Source of the DNA: a virus
Direction: 5' to 3' (one strand)
IMG/VR virus record: IMGVR_UViG_3300047558_000238
Span: 32,001-96,000 of that record
DNA: 64,000 nucleotides
The notes beneath the pieces were generated by a model, which was not told the origin of the DNA, did no database searches, and saw nothing but the letters and a program-made list of their open reading frames with translations. Shown here piece after piece: positions 1 to 10,144 of this stretch. Each line of letters starts with the position of its first letter. The first letter of the stretch is position 1. The translations under genes were made by a program, and so were the position numbers.

Positions 1-246
1 GAACCAGACAAGGTTATTAATATCGTTGTGTCCCAGAGTGCTGGTAATCAACTTGAAATAGACACCTACAAAAGAGAAGTGCTCTATAACGGTCAAGGAT
101 ACGAGACAGGTGTAGGCGCAGCCCGCAGGCGAGTAAGTACTATTGTTGACTGGTTTGAGCTGCAACCTGGAGCTAATACAATCTCATTCACTGGAACTGG
201 TCAGGCTACGTGTACCGTACTGTTCAGATCCGGTTGGATTGGCTAG
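1..246 (+). CDS. Distal tail (Dit-like) protein, C-terminal part; probably starts before the window
   Basis: C-terminal 'DWFELQPGANTISF...FRSGWI' is typical of siphovirus distal tail proteins; precedes minor tail genes. Confidence 0.65.
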   Translation, partial: EPDKVINIVVSQSAGNQLEIDTYKREVLYNGQGYETGVGAARRRVSTIVDWFELQPGANTISFTGTGQATCTVLFRSGWIG

Positions 247-282
247 TGTAAACTAATATAAAGACGTTTACGAAAGAGAACA

Positions 283-2307
283 ATGCCATATAAGTACTCT
301 AATAATGCAGTGGTATATAAGTACATCACCACTGACCTCCTAACTGACTCTATCTTGGCTGAACTACCTCTGCAGGATGTATCCTTCACTCGAGCACTAA
401 AAGATGCTGGCTCTTTTAGTGGCAGTATCCCAGTTATCCCTGATAACGACTACTTGGATCTATATGAGACAACGATCCCCGGTAGGACTGCCCTATACGT
501 TCTTCGCGATGGGGTATGTGTCTGGGGAGGGATTATTTGGTCTAGAAACTATGACATTAAGTCTAGATCTTTGACAATTAATGGTAGTGAGTTTACTAGC
601 TACCTACACCGTCGTGTTGCCTGGAAGACCTGGAACCAAGAGCTAGACGCTACTATCTCGACTACTGGCAACGGTAGAGAGGCAAAGATTACTGTAACTA
701 GTGGTAGTTTTGGCTTTGAAGGTGCCATGCCTATTCAGCTTAACTTCACTGATAAGCTGGTCTACTTCTCGGGTATCTATAGCGTAAAAGATACGCCTAT
801 TCCGACTTCAATCGAATTCTACGTAACTCTTCCTGCTGTGACTGGTATGGAAAACATCACTATGGTAGATATTCCGATTACTGTCTATCCTCAGGTAGAT
901 ACTTATGACTACCTAACTAGACTTCTTAGCTATATCAACACTGACTTTAGCACTATCCAGTTCCCTAACGCTGAGATTACTCCTGAGTATAACGTCTATG
1001 CAGATATTGCTAGCTACTCTCGCACGTCTAATGTTGCAACCATAACCACTACAGGCGAGCACGGGCTGATTTATGGACAAACTGTAGACATTAGCGGCTT
1101 GCCAGTGGGCTTCAATTCAAAGGGTATGAAGATTATTTCTACCCCTACAGCAACTAGTTTTACTTATCAGTCTATTGGCGGAGATATGTCAACCACCAAT
1201 ATTACTGGAACATCTAGAGGGGTATCTTCTGTAAAGATCGCATCTCTTAGTGAGACCTCTATTACTCAGGATGTCACGATTAAGACCGCCACTCCGCACT
1301 CTTATGCCGTTGGCGGCATCCTAAAGGTAACTAACGTTGATCCAGATATTGATGGTACACATATCATTACCGCGATTACTAGCGATACCGTTACCTATCA
1401 GCTAACCGGGTTACAGGATGCAGCAGAAAACTTCGAAGTCACTGGCACGGTGTCTTCTGGGCCTATTGCTAAGTTTGGTACATACGGCAGCTACATGAGC
1501 CATAGTAATATCGGCATTACAGTTAAGACTCCTAATGACGAGCCTTATAGTAATAAGTTCATTAAGACAACTACAATGCGTGGGTCTAGTCTCCAAAATA
1601 TTGGAGATCACCTAGATGTCTATACCAATACTTTCGAAGGTTTTGAGTACCGTATTGACTGCTCCTACGATGTAGCTACAAATACTTTCTCTAAGAAACT
1701 AGTTGTAATTCCATTGGATCCAGTTTCAGATGCGCAAAAAGAAGCCAACACCATCCCATACCCGCTGGAAGTTTTTGGTGCGGACAAGATCGTGTTCGAG
1801 CATCCAGGAAATATTTTGGAAGCCAGTATGGAAGAAAACGCTAGTGATGCTGCGACTAGATTCTGGGTACAAGGCAAAAACGAGAGCGGAATTAATAGCG
1901 AAGCAGGCGAGCCTTATTCTGGTGTAGCTATGTCAGGCCTTCTGGCGGATGGCTGGCCGATTCTCGACGATGTCGAGACCTACGACTCTAATGATGAGTA
2001 TGTACTGGCTGAATATGCCACTCGATACCTGCAGGAGTCAGTCCCGCCTATCTCGAACTTTACCGTCACCGTAAATGGAAGCGTCACGCCAGTGGTTGGA
2101 ACATACTTCCCTGGAGACTGGTGCTCAGTAATTATTGATGACGTGTTTGTACAGCTGCGTATGGCTAGTGGGCTAGAGCCTCGCGATCAAGTATTGGTAC
2201 GTAAAATCGATGCTTATACCGTCAATGTGCCAAATAGCCCGACCTACCCAGAGACTGTCTCGCTAGAGCTGTTCCGAGAATCAGGAGTCGATCCAATTGG
2301 GAATTAG
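283..2307 (+). CDS. Minor tail protein (actinophage baseplate hub type)
   Basis: N-terminal 'LAELPL..VSF...L..AGSFSG...VWGGIIW' pattern; internal 'T.T...H....G..V.I' repeats; tail context. Confidence 0.75.
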   Translation: MPYKYSNNAVVYKYITTDLLTDSILAELPLQDVSFTRALKDAGSFSGSIPVIPDNDYLDLYETTIPGRTALYVLRDGVCVWGGIIWSRNYDIKSRSLTINGSEFTSYLHRRVAWKTWNQELDATISTTGNGREAKITVTSGSFGFEGAMPIQLNFTDKLVYFSGIYSVKDTPIPTSIEFYVTLPAVTGMENITMVDIPITVYPQVDTYDYLTRLLSYINTDFSTIQFPNAEITPEYNVYADIASYSRTSNVATITTTGEHGLIYGQTVDISGLPVGFNSKGMKIISTPTATSFTYQSIGGDMSTTNITGTSRGVSSVKIASLSETSITQDVTIKTATPHSYAVGGILKVTNVDPDIDGTHIITAITSDTVTYQLTGLQDAAENFEVTGTVSSGPIAKFGTYGSYMSHSNIGITVKTPNDEPYSNKFIKTTTMRGSSLQNIGDHLDVYTNTFEGFEYRIDCSYDVATNTFSKKLVVIPLDPVSDAQKEANTIPYPLEVFGADKIVFEHPGNILEASMEENASDAATRFWVQGKNESGINSEAGEPYSGVAMSGLLADGWPILDDVETYDSNDEYVLAEYATRYLQESVPPISNFTVTVNGSVTPVVGTYFPGDWCSVIIDDVFVQLRMASGLEPRDQVLVRKIDAYTVNVPNSPTYPETVSLELFRESGVDPIGN

Positions 2308-5269
2308 ACGTCGTCGTAAAAAAGTAAATACTATCCTGACTACGATTGACCGCAGACTGCGGTCTGTCGAACTTCAGCGCGTTCCTAGGGTTGTAAAAGA
2401 CGGAACAATCACCAAGCAAATGCTTGATAAGTCAGTGCAGATAGCCCTAGATACCGGAGCTGACGCAGCTACTGACACTCCGGGTACAGCCACTGCGCCT
2501 ACAGTGCCAACATTTAAAGATAGACCATTCACTAATATTGTGAAGATTGTCTATCGGGGGTATAACGAAACTGGCACAGCTAATGATAAAGACCGCGCAC
2601 GAGTCTACTTTGAGTCCGACCCTGGACTAAACGTTGGCGATAAGATCAAGTTTGCATCCCTCACCGGATCTCTAGACGTTCCAACTAAAACTACCGAGTA
2701 CGTAGTTAAAGAAGTTTCTGTAGTTGATAGCTACAACACTATTGTCTATTATCCAGGCAGAGCAACTATTGTTGACGGCGCTAAAACATATGACAAGGGT
2801 TGGAGAGTGCGTGCAGCCAATGTCTCAGTTACTGGGGCAATTGTCGATGGTACAACTACTAAATATAAGTATGGTCAAATTATTATTGACGGTAAGGATA
2901 CAGCTCCTACTGCAAATGATGACTATAAATATGGACCTACCTGGCCAGCTGGCATCGAAACAACTTCTGGTTTACACTTCACTGGTGGCGGGTTCCAAGA
3001 AGGCGATCTAATTAATTTAGATGGTCTAGGTAGTCCATTCGATGGTGTCCACAAGATCACTTCTAGCGTTACTTCTGGTAAGAGGATCACACTTCAGTTC
3101 GAGTTTAAGGACTATCCGACTGCGCCAGTACAGTTGCCTAATAGTAATGGTGCAATTAGAGGTGCTGCTGGTCGCTATCTTCGAGATGGCGAGACCTGGG
3201 TAGACACTAGTGTTACTCCTGCAATTACTTGGATCTGGGATGATAGTCTTCAGCGTTGGTGGAATGCAGCAGATGGTGCCAACCTACCAGAAGGTGTAGT
3301 AGTAGATGACGGTGTACCGCCTTCACCACCTACTGGACTATCAGGCTCCAGTGAGGGTTATGTTGATGGTAGTAAGCCATATTCTAAGGTGAACCTAACA
3401 TGGACTGCACCAACGACCAACTCAGATGGTAGCAATTTAAGTGACCTGAAAGGGTATGCGGTCTTCTATAGGTACAGTACTTCTGATGCTTGGACATATT
3501 ACTCTGATACGGCTAGTGCATCAGAGACAGTCACTGAACTAACTCCAGAAAAAACTGTCTATTTCGCTGTGAAAGCATATGATGCTACAAGAAATATGTC
3601 TAGCTATTCTGCTACATATAGTTTGAATACCGTACCTGGAACAACCGGGATTAATGCCCCCTCGCTACCTCTGGCTACAACTAGACTTGGCCAAATCAGG
3701 GTCACTTGGGATGGCCTAGATAGCTCTGGAGCAACCCCACCATCCGCCCTAGTCAGCTATGTTGAGGTTCACTGGTCTACTACTGCCGGATTTACCCCTA
3801 GTGATAGTACAAATAAGGGCAAACTTTTTGGTAAGAATGACTTTTTTGCGGATATTACTCCAGAGTACGGGGTCAACTACTACTTTAAATTTGTGTTTGT
3901 AGACGTATTCGGTAAAAAATCAGCAGCATCAGCTCAAAAAACTGCAACAGTCCAGCCTTTAGTGGATACCGACCTAATTACCGGGTCTCTCACTAGATGG
4001 CCATTTGGTGCCAACACTGTCGACACTAACTCGCTCGCTGATGGTTCTATTTCGGCTACGTACTTGGTATCAGGAAATGATGCCGACGGAACTGCTGTAC
4101 GAGTTCAAGGAAAAATCGCTGCTGGAAGCATTGGCGCTACATCGATTGCAGCTAACTCTATTGTTGCTGGAAAGATTGCTGCCGAGGCGATTACTGCTAG
4201 AGAGATTAAAGCTCTTAGTATCGAAGCTGGAAATATTAAAGGTAACACGATTACTGGAGATAAAATCCTTGCTGGATCTGTTTCCGGAGCTATCTTTGAT
4301 GCAACAACCAGAATTAGATTAGGTGACTCTAACAGCACTAATCCCTCTAATTATATTGAATTTGGTTATGTAACGCTACCTGGTAACCAATCCGCCCCTG
4401 GAATTATTGGGCAGTATGGTGGAGCTCGCACATTCTACGTTGGTGGATGGAACAGCGGTTATGGAGGTACGTCTGGAGTTGCTCTAGGTGTAGTAGGCAA
4501 TAACGGTAGCACTGCCGTGGATGTTTTAACAGCTGGTGGTTATGATAACGGAATCGCGCTAGCTAGCACTGTAGAGCTTACTGCTGGTAGGGTAAACATA
4601 ACTAGCTATGGTGGAAACTATAGCGATAGCTCATTTGGAGATTTAACACTAAATTCTACTGGCTATGGTGCCATCAATCTAATAGCACCTAGCGGTACTG
4701 ATGCTCAGGGTAGGTATCTTGGAGTCTATGTCTCCCCTGCGCTATTGATCGGTAAGACAACTACAGCTAGCTGGCAGGGTGTAGAAGGTACTCACATAAG
4801 TAGCGGCTTTGTTGCTTCAGCAAACGTTAGCGGCAACGCTTTCAGCATGTCCCGCATGAGTACTAACGGAACTGTATGTGTTTTCTATAGAGGTAACACT
4901 ACTGCTGTAGGAAACATATCTTTAACTACAACAGCTACTGCCTTTAATACATCGTCTGACTATAGGCTCAAGGAAAACGTTACTTCTCTAACTAATAGCC
5001 TTACTAAATTAAAAGCACTAAAACCTAGAACGTTTAACTTCATCGTGGAACCAGATGAAATAGTAGATGGTTTTATTGCCCACGAGCTTGCCGAGGTTAT
5101 ACCTAATGCTGTATCTGGCGAAAAGGACGCAGTCAAAGAGGATGGTGAGCCAGAGTATCAAGGAGTAGATATGTCAAAGCTTGTACCTGTATTGACTGCA
5201 GCTCTTCAAGAGGCTGTAACTCAAATAGAATCATTATCTGCTAGACTAGATGCTCTAGAGACGAAGTAA
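2297..5269 (+). CDS. Tail fibre/tip protein with FN3-like domains and C-terminal intramolecular chaperone (peptidase S74-like)
   Basis: FN3-like 'PPSPPTGL..VNLTWTAP..YFAVKAYD'; 'SITAGKI'-type repeats; C-terminal 'SSDYRLKEN...GFIAHEL..VIP.AV' plus coiled coil. Confidence 0.85.
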   Translation: MGIRRRRKKVNTILTTIDRRLRSVELQRVPRVVKDGTITKQMLDKSVQIALDTGADAATDTPGTATAPTVPTFKDRPFTNIVKIVYRGYNETGTANDKDRARVYFESDPGLNVGDKIKFASLTGSLDVPTKTTEYVVKEVSVVDSYNTIVYYPGRATIVDGAKTYDKGWRVRAANVSVTGAIVDGTTTKYKYGQIIIDGKDTAPTANDDYKYGPTWPAGIETTSGLHFTGGGFQEGDLINLDGLGSPFDGVHKITSSVTSGKRITLQFEFKDYPTAPVQLPNSNGAIRGAAGRYLRDGETWVDTSVTPAITWIWDDSLQRWWNAADGANLPEGVVVDDGVPPSPPTGLSGSSEGYVDGSKPYSKVNLTWTAPTTNSDGSNLSDLKGYAVFYRYSTSDAWTYYSDTASASETVTELTPEKTVYFAVKAYDATRNMSSYSATYSLNTVPGTTGINAPSLPLATTRLGQIRVTWDGLDSSGATPPSALVSYVEVHWSTTAGFTPSDSTNKGKLFGKNDFFADITPEYGVNYYFKFVFVDVFGKKSAASAQKTATVQPLVDTDLITGSLTRWPFGANTVDTNSLADGSISATYLVSGNDADGTAVRVQGKIAAGSIGATSIAANSIVAGKIAAEAITAREIKALSIEAGNIKGNTITGDKILAGSVSGAIFDATTRIRLGDSNSTNPSNYIEFGYVTLPGNQSAPGIIGQYGGARTFYVGGWNSGYGGTSGVALGVVGNNGSTAVDVLTAGGYDNGIALASTVELTAGRVNITSYGGNYSDSSFGDLTLNSTGYGAINLIAPSGTDAQGRYLGVYVSPALLIGKTTTASWQGVEGTHISSGFVASANVSGNAFSMSRMSTNGTVCVFYRGNTTAVGNISLTTTATAFNTSSDYRLKENVTSLTNSLTKLKALKPRTFNFIVEPDEIVDGFIAHELAEVIPNAVSGEKDAVKEDGEPEYQGVDMSKLVPVLTAALQEAVTQIESLSARLDALETK

Positions 5270-5277
5270 GGACAATT

Positions 5278-5469
5278 ATGGAAGACCAAAAAACAGTAGA
5301 AGAGCTAGTAAAGAAGCTTCGTGAACGCGTTAGCTCGTATGCCGTAGCTATTATTGATCTCGAAACCCTCCTCGAGATTGAGACAGCTAAGGTAGCTGAA
5401 CTTCAGAAAAAAGTCGAAGACCTAGAGTCATCTACTAAAGCTGAAGACAAGAAGACATCTAAGGGCTAG
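5278..5469 (+). CDS. Small coiled-coil protein
   Basis: RBS AAGGA; heptad pattern; follows the tail fibre. Confidence 0.6.
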   Translation: MEDQKTVEELVKKLRERVSSYAVAIIDLETLLEIETAKVAELQKKVEDLESSTKAEDKKTSKG

Positions 5470-5473
5470 TACA

Positions 5474-5944
5474 GTGCTGGAAGTAAAAGACGGAGCCAGA
5501 ACTTTACAGTTCAATGGCTCTTTATTAGGTAAATCTAGCTCGAAGAGACGAGACTCTACTAGATGGATTGAATTCGAGCTGTATCGAACAGAGAGTGGCT
5601 CGTACGTTCTCTCACGTGTCGGAGTCTCTCTAATTTTTCATGGGGCAGCATGTCCGCTAGTTAGCAGATATAACCTCCAAGAGAAACCGTCAAGCATGCT
5701 ACAGGATGCATCCCTCCCATGTGAAGAATGCAACCCTGATTACAGCCTTGCTCTAGTTTTTCCTGAGAAATATCGTCATTGGGCGCAGATCAGCGACAAG
5801 CCTGAAGCTGTGCTCGATGCTCTATATAAGTACGATGATAACGGTGCTAGATATCTGACTGGTGTCGCTCAGAGACTGCTTCAAGAGGCCGCAAAACTTG
5901 ACTCTGGTATTGCGGATATCTATAATTATGAAATAATTCCATAG
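5474..5944 (+). CDS. Hypothetical protein
   Basis: Colinear 156-aa ORF with a CxxC motif. Confidence 0.6.
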   Translation: MLEVKDGARTLQFNGSLLGKSSSKRRDSTRWIEFELYRTESGSYVLSRVGVSLIFHGAACPLVSRYNLQEKPSSMLQDASLPCEECNPDYSLALVFPEKYRHWAQISDKPEAVLDALYKYDDNGARYLTGVAQRLLQEAAKLDSGIADIYNYEIIP

Positions 5945-5974
5945 CATCACCCTAAATAAATACGAAAGACACTA

Positions 5975-7798
5975 ATGACAACAGGACTAGAAGGCGTACG
6001 CCTTGAGCTGGTTGATAGCGTTGCTCAGGCTGAGAAGTTTATCTCTTGGCTCGGTGAGCGTCGCCCCCACAATGCTTTGGCTATTGACACAGAAACTGGC
6101 GAACTGCCTGGCAAGCCGCGAGCGCACGCTCTATCTCCTTGGCATGGTCGCCTACGCCTTGTTCAGGTCGGCGATGCTATGACCGGATGGTCAATTCCTT
6201 GGGATGCCTGGAAGGGCGTCTTTTATGAGGCAATGAATAAGTTTGATGGCCCCCTCGTCTGCCACAACATTGCGTTCGAGGCTCGCTGGTTTGAAATCCA
6301 GTCCGAGTGGTCATTCCCTTGGCATCGAGGCCACGACACAATGATTATGGCTCAGCTTTTGGATCCGCTGGGCTCTGGAGCGCTAAAGAAGCTTACTCAG
6401 CAATACATCGACCCTCAGGCTGCTAGCCTCCAAAGTGTCCTCGATAGTGGAATGGTCGACAATGGTTGGACCTGGGGTACCGTTCCTATGAACTTTGAAC
6501 CATACTGGGCATATGGTGCACTAGACCCTGTGCTGACTATGCGCCTCTGGGAGAAGTTCTGGGAGAAGTGTGGCCCGGGGCAGCCTTATTCTCAGGCATA
6601 TGAGCTTGAGATGAATACTCGCCGTATCGTGACTCGCATGGAACTCAACGGGGCTCGACTAGACCTTAACTACTCTCAGAAGAAGTATGACGAGCTTGTC
6701 GGCTATACCGAGCAGGTAAAGGATTGGGCAAAGACAACCTACAACGGATTAGCTGTAGGCAGTAACCAGCAACTTGTATTCCAGTTCGAGAAGCTTGGTG
6801 CTGAAATTACTGAGCGTACAGACTCTGGCCAGAAGTCAGCTTCCGCGGACCAGCTCAAGATGCTTGTACGTGATGGCTCCCCCGAGGTTAGGCAGCTAGC
6901 TGAAACCGTCCTAAAGTATCGAAAAGCAGGCAAGCTAGCCAGCACGTATTTCTTGAACTTCATTAATGACAATGTTGATGGATTTGTTCACCCGTCTGTG
7001 AAGACCATGGGCGCTCGTACCGGACGTATGTCCATCCAGAACCCTGCGCTGCAGACTTTGCCTAAGGGTGACGATACTGTTCGTCGTGCGTTCTTGCCTA
7101 AGGATGACGACCACGTAATTATTACCTCGGACCTTGACCAGGTTGAGTTCCGTATGTTCTCGTCTCTATCACAGGACCAGAACCTGATTACGCTATTCAA
7201 TAACGCTGATGCGACTGGCTCAGACCCGTTTACGGAGATTGGTCGAGAAATCTACCAGGATCCAACTATGCAAAAGTCTGATAAGCGTCGTGCGCTCATT
7301 AAGGGCGTTGTGTATGGGCGTCTATATGGTGCAGGTGTGTCTAAGCAGGCTCTAACCGCAGGTGTGCCTGAAGAGCAGATGCGTGCAGTATCGAATGAAT
7401 TTGATAAGCGATTCCCTGGAATGGCAATGTTCCAGAAAAAGGTCGAAGATATCGGCATGCGACGCCTCCAAGCAGAAGGCCAAGGATATGTCAATACCTG
7501 GACTGGACGTCGCCTACCTTGTGATGATGACCGTGTTTATACCTTGGTCAACTACCTAATCCAGGGTGGTGCAGCAGAGGTGTTCAAGTCGAACCTGGTT
7601 AAACTTGACCAGGCTGACCTAACCGAACTACTAATTGTTCCTGTGCACGATGAAATTGTGCTCAATGCTCCTCGGAAGGATGCTGAAGAGATTAAAAAAC
7701 TAGTAAGAGAGTGCATGACAACCCGAGAGGGTTGGGCCGTACCACTTACTGCAGATGTCGATGGTCCACTAGAAAACTGGGGTCAAAAATATGCCTAA
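5975..7798 (+). CDS. polA: DNA polymerase family A (3'-5' exonuclease plus polymerase)
   Basis: ExoI 'AIDTET', 'HNIAFE', 'TGRMS..NPALQ', motif A 'DLDQVEFR', motif B 'KGVVYGRLYG', motif C 'VHDEI'. Confidence 0.95.
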   Translation: MTTGLEGVRLELVDSVAQAEKFISWLGERRPHNALAIDTETGELPGKPRAHALSPWHGRLRLVQVGDAMTGWSIPWDAWKGVFYEAMNKFDGPLVCHNIAFEARWFEIQSEWSFPWHRGHDTMIMAQLLDPLGSGALKKLTQQYIDPQAASLQSVLDSGMVDNGWTWGTVPMNFEPYWAYGALDPVLTMRLWEKFWEKCGPGQPYSQAYELEMNTRRIVTRMELNGARLDLNYSQKKYDELVGYTEQVKDWAKTTYNGLAVGSNQQLVFQFEKLGAEITERTDSGQKSASADQLKMLVRDGSPEVRQLAETVLKYRKAGKLASTYFLNFINDNVDGFVHPSVKTMGARTGRMSIQNPALQTLPKGDDTVRRAFLPKDDDHVIITSDLDQVEFRMFSSLSQDQNLITLFNNADATGSDPFTEIGREIYQDPTMQKSDKRRALIKGVVYGRLYGAGVSKQALTAGVPEEQMRAVSNEFDKRFPGMAMFQKKVEDIGMRRLQAEGQGYVNTWTGRRLPCDDDRVYTLVNYLIQGGAAEVFKSNLVKLDQADLTELLIVPVHDEIVLNAPRKDAEEIKKLVRECMTTREGWAVPLTADVDGPLENWGQKYA

Positions 7799-8252
7799 AT
7801 ATGTACTATCAGTCGATCCAGGTAAGGCAACCGGCATGGCTCTATTTAGCCTTGAGCCGGGCCAGGAGCCTGTTTTAGTCTGGTCTAAAGAGTTACAGCA
7901 AGAGGAGTATGCAGAGCCTATACGGGCCACTCTAGCCTCTGTAGACGTAGCTGTAGACGTAGTCTGCGAGCGCTTTACTATCAATGCACAAACTGTGCGT
8001 AACTCACAGGCACCTTACTCGCTAGAGCAGATTGGTATCCTCAAGCAATGCCTAATGGATGTGGGGCGTCCAGCAAATGACATCTACTTCCAGGCACCAG
8101 CCGATGCAAAGGCAATGTTCACTAACGAGACCCTAAAAAAGTTGGGCTATTGGCACAAGGGTGGCGAAGGCCACGCACTTGATGCAATACGACACGGGCT
8201 ACTTAGACTTGTCAAATTGGGCTGGAAACCTGTAAGATTATTAAAAGAATAG
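7791..8252 (+). CDS. RuvC-like Holliday junction resolvase
   Basis: 'VLSVDPGKATG', 'VVCERF', 'HALDAIRH' RNase H-fold motifs. Confidence 0.75.
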   Translation: MPKYVLSVDPGKATGMALFSLEPGQEPVLVWSKELQQEEYAEPIRATLASVDVAVDVVCERFTINAQTVRNSQAPYSLEQIGILKQCLMDVGRPANDIYFQAPADAKAMFTNETLKKLGYWHKGGEGHALDAIRHGLLRLVKLGWKPVRLLKE

Positions 8253-8253
8253 G

Positions 8254-8298
8254 TATTATCAGAAAAAAGTACTTGATAACAAGATTTTTCTGATAATA
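8254..8298. promoter_or_regulatory. Intergenic inverted repeat (14-bp perfect arms), possible operator or hairpin
   Basis: TATTATCAGAAAAA-N17-TTTTTCTGATAATA upstream of the helicase gene, containing TTGATA. Confidence 0.5.
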
Positions 8299-8329
8299 TA
8301 TAAATACGAAATGACGAACGGAGGCCTTT

Positions 8330-10144
8330 GTGCCTATTAGTGTAGAGCTCGACTCAACGGGCAAACACATTGTAATCAACGCTGAGTGGCGTCTCAAAGA
8401 AGTCTGTAAGGCACTTCCTGGCGCTTCATGGAGCGCTAAGGAGCAGATTTGGCGTATTCCAGTCTCGTGGACTGGTTGCTTAGCACTACGCTCTACCTTT
8501 AAGGATGAGCTAGAAATCGGACCTAACCTAGCAGCATGGGCACGAGAAGAACGTGCTCGCCGAATCGAGCCGTCTAATGCTCTACGAGAGCTTGAAGTTG
8601 CTGAAGATGGCGATGAAGACCTCTTCCCGCACCAGCGTGCTGGAGTTAAGTTCCTTACTACTGCTCGTCGAGCTCTTTTAGCTGATGAGCCAGGTCTAGG
8701 TAAGACCGCTCAGGCAATTCGCTCACTTAAGAAGTTGCACGATGATGGCGAAGATATCTTCCCGGCACTAATCGTCTGCCCGAATACTCTGAAGAGTAAC
8801 TGGCAGCGCGAGTTTGATAAGTGGTGGCCTGGAGTCAACGTATCTGTAATTAAGGGATCTGCCGTTCAGCGCAGAAAGGCTTTTGAAGATCCTGCTGATG
8901 TCTACATCATCAACTGGGAGTCACTACGCACTCACTCAAAGCTTCTTTCTTACGGATCTATTGCTCTTGCACGCTGCGAAGAGTGTGGTGGGCATGACTC
9001 TCGAATCACGGCTACTCGCTGTGAAGTGCATCAGCGTGAGCTAAACACGATTGACTTTAAGGCTGTAGTTGCAGATGAGATTCACCGCTCTAAAGACCCT
9101 AAGTCTAAGCAAACACGTGCACTATGGGCAGCTACTGGAGATGCCGATGTTCGTTTTGCAATGACTGGAACTCCTATTGCTAAAGATGTAGTGGACCTAT
9201 GGCCTATCCTTCACTGGCTTGACCCAGCTGAATGGCCTAGCAAGACTAAGTGGATTGACCGCTATGTCAACACGATGCTCAATGCATTCGGTGGAATGAT
9301 GGTCATGGGCCTAAAGCCGGAGATGACAGATGAGTTCTATGCTGGAATCAACCCACGTATGCGACGCATGCTCAAGGCTCGAGTACTTCCATGGCTACCA
9401 GAGGTTATCAATGACCGACGCGATGTCGAGATGGGTGCTAAGCAACTTAAGGCATATAAGCAGATGCTAGAGAACATGATCGTTCTTCTAGAAAATGAAG
9501 GTACGGTCTCTTCTACTGGAGATGTAGTAGTTGCACCTAACCCGCTAACTCAGACTCTGCGTCTGCTTCAGTTTGCAAGTGCATATGCTCAGATCGAACT
9601 TCAAGAGAATGGCGAAGAAAAAGTTCTTTTGTCAGACCCTTCTTGTAAGGTTGATGCTCTGATGGATGACATTGAGAATGGTGACTTTGGCGATGACTCT
9701 GTAGCAGTATGTGCAGTATCACGTCAGCTCATCGAGCTTCTAAGTGCACGTCTGACTAAAGAGGGCATCGCTCATGGCCTAATCACTGGTGCCCAGGATG
9801 GCGACCAGCGACAGCAGGCTATTGACGACTTCCAGTCTGGCAAGACTAAGTGGATTCTGTTTACTGCTCAGGCTGGTGGTGTAGGTGTCACCTTGACAAC
9901 TGCACGAAGACTTGTTATGCTTCAAAGACCATGGTCACTCGTTGACTACAAGCAGGCTCTCGACCGCGTACACCGTATCGGCTCCGAGATCCACGACTCT
10001 GTAATCATCACTGACTATGTAACTGAAGGAACCATCGAAGAGCGTGTTATTCAAGCTCTAGACGTCAAGTCCGAAAACTTCGAAGAGATTGTTAAGGACA
10101 AGGCTAGGCTTCTGGATATGCTCAAGAACGGACTACCAAAATGA
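8330..10144 (+). CDS. SNF2-family SF2 helicase
   Basis: 'LLADEPGLGKT', 'DEIH', 'TGTP', 'GVGVTLT', 'QALDRVHRIG'. Confidence 0.92.
   Translation: MPISVELDSTGKHIVINAEWRLKEVCKALPGASWSAKEQIWRIPVSWTGCLALRSTFKDELEIGPNLAAWAREERARRIEPSNALRELEVAEDGDEDLFPHQRAGVKFLTTARRALLADEPGLGKTAQAIRSLKKLHDDGEDIFPALIVCPNTLKSNWQREFDKWWPGVNVSVIKGSAVQRRKAFEDPADVYIINWESLRTHSKLLSYGSIALARCEECGGHDSRITATRCEVHQRELNTIDFKAVVADEIHRSKDPKSKQTRALWAATGDADVRFAMTGTPIAKDVVDLWPILHWLDPAEWPSKTKWIDRYVNTMLNAFGGMMVMGLKPEMTDEFYAGINPRMRRMLKARVLPWLPEVINDRRDVEMGAKQLKAYKQMLENMIVLLENEGTVSSTGDVVVAPNPLTQTLRLLQFASAYAQIELQENGEEKVLLSDPSCKVDALMDDIENGDFGDDSVAVCAVSRQLIELLSARLTKEGIAHGLITGAQDGDQRQQAIDDFQSGKTKWILFTAQAGGVGVTLTTARRLVMLQRPWSLVDYKQALDRVHRIGSEIHDSVIITDYVTEGTIEERVIQALDVKSENFEEIVKDKARLLDMLKNGLPK

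Noticed and set aside
5975-7798. DpoZ / 2-aminoadenine genome
   Set aside because: No purZ, datZ or mazZ recognisable in the window
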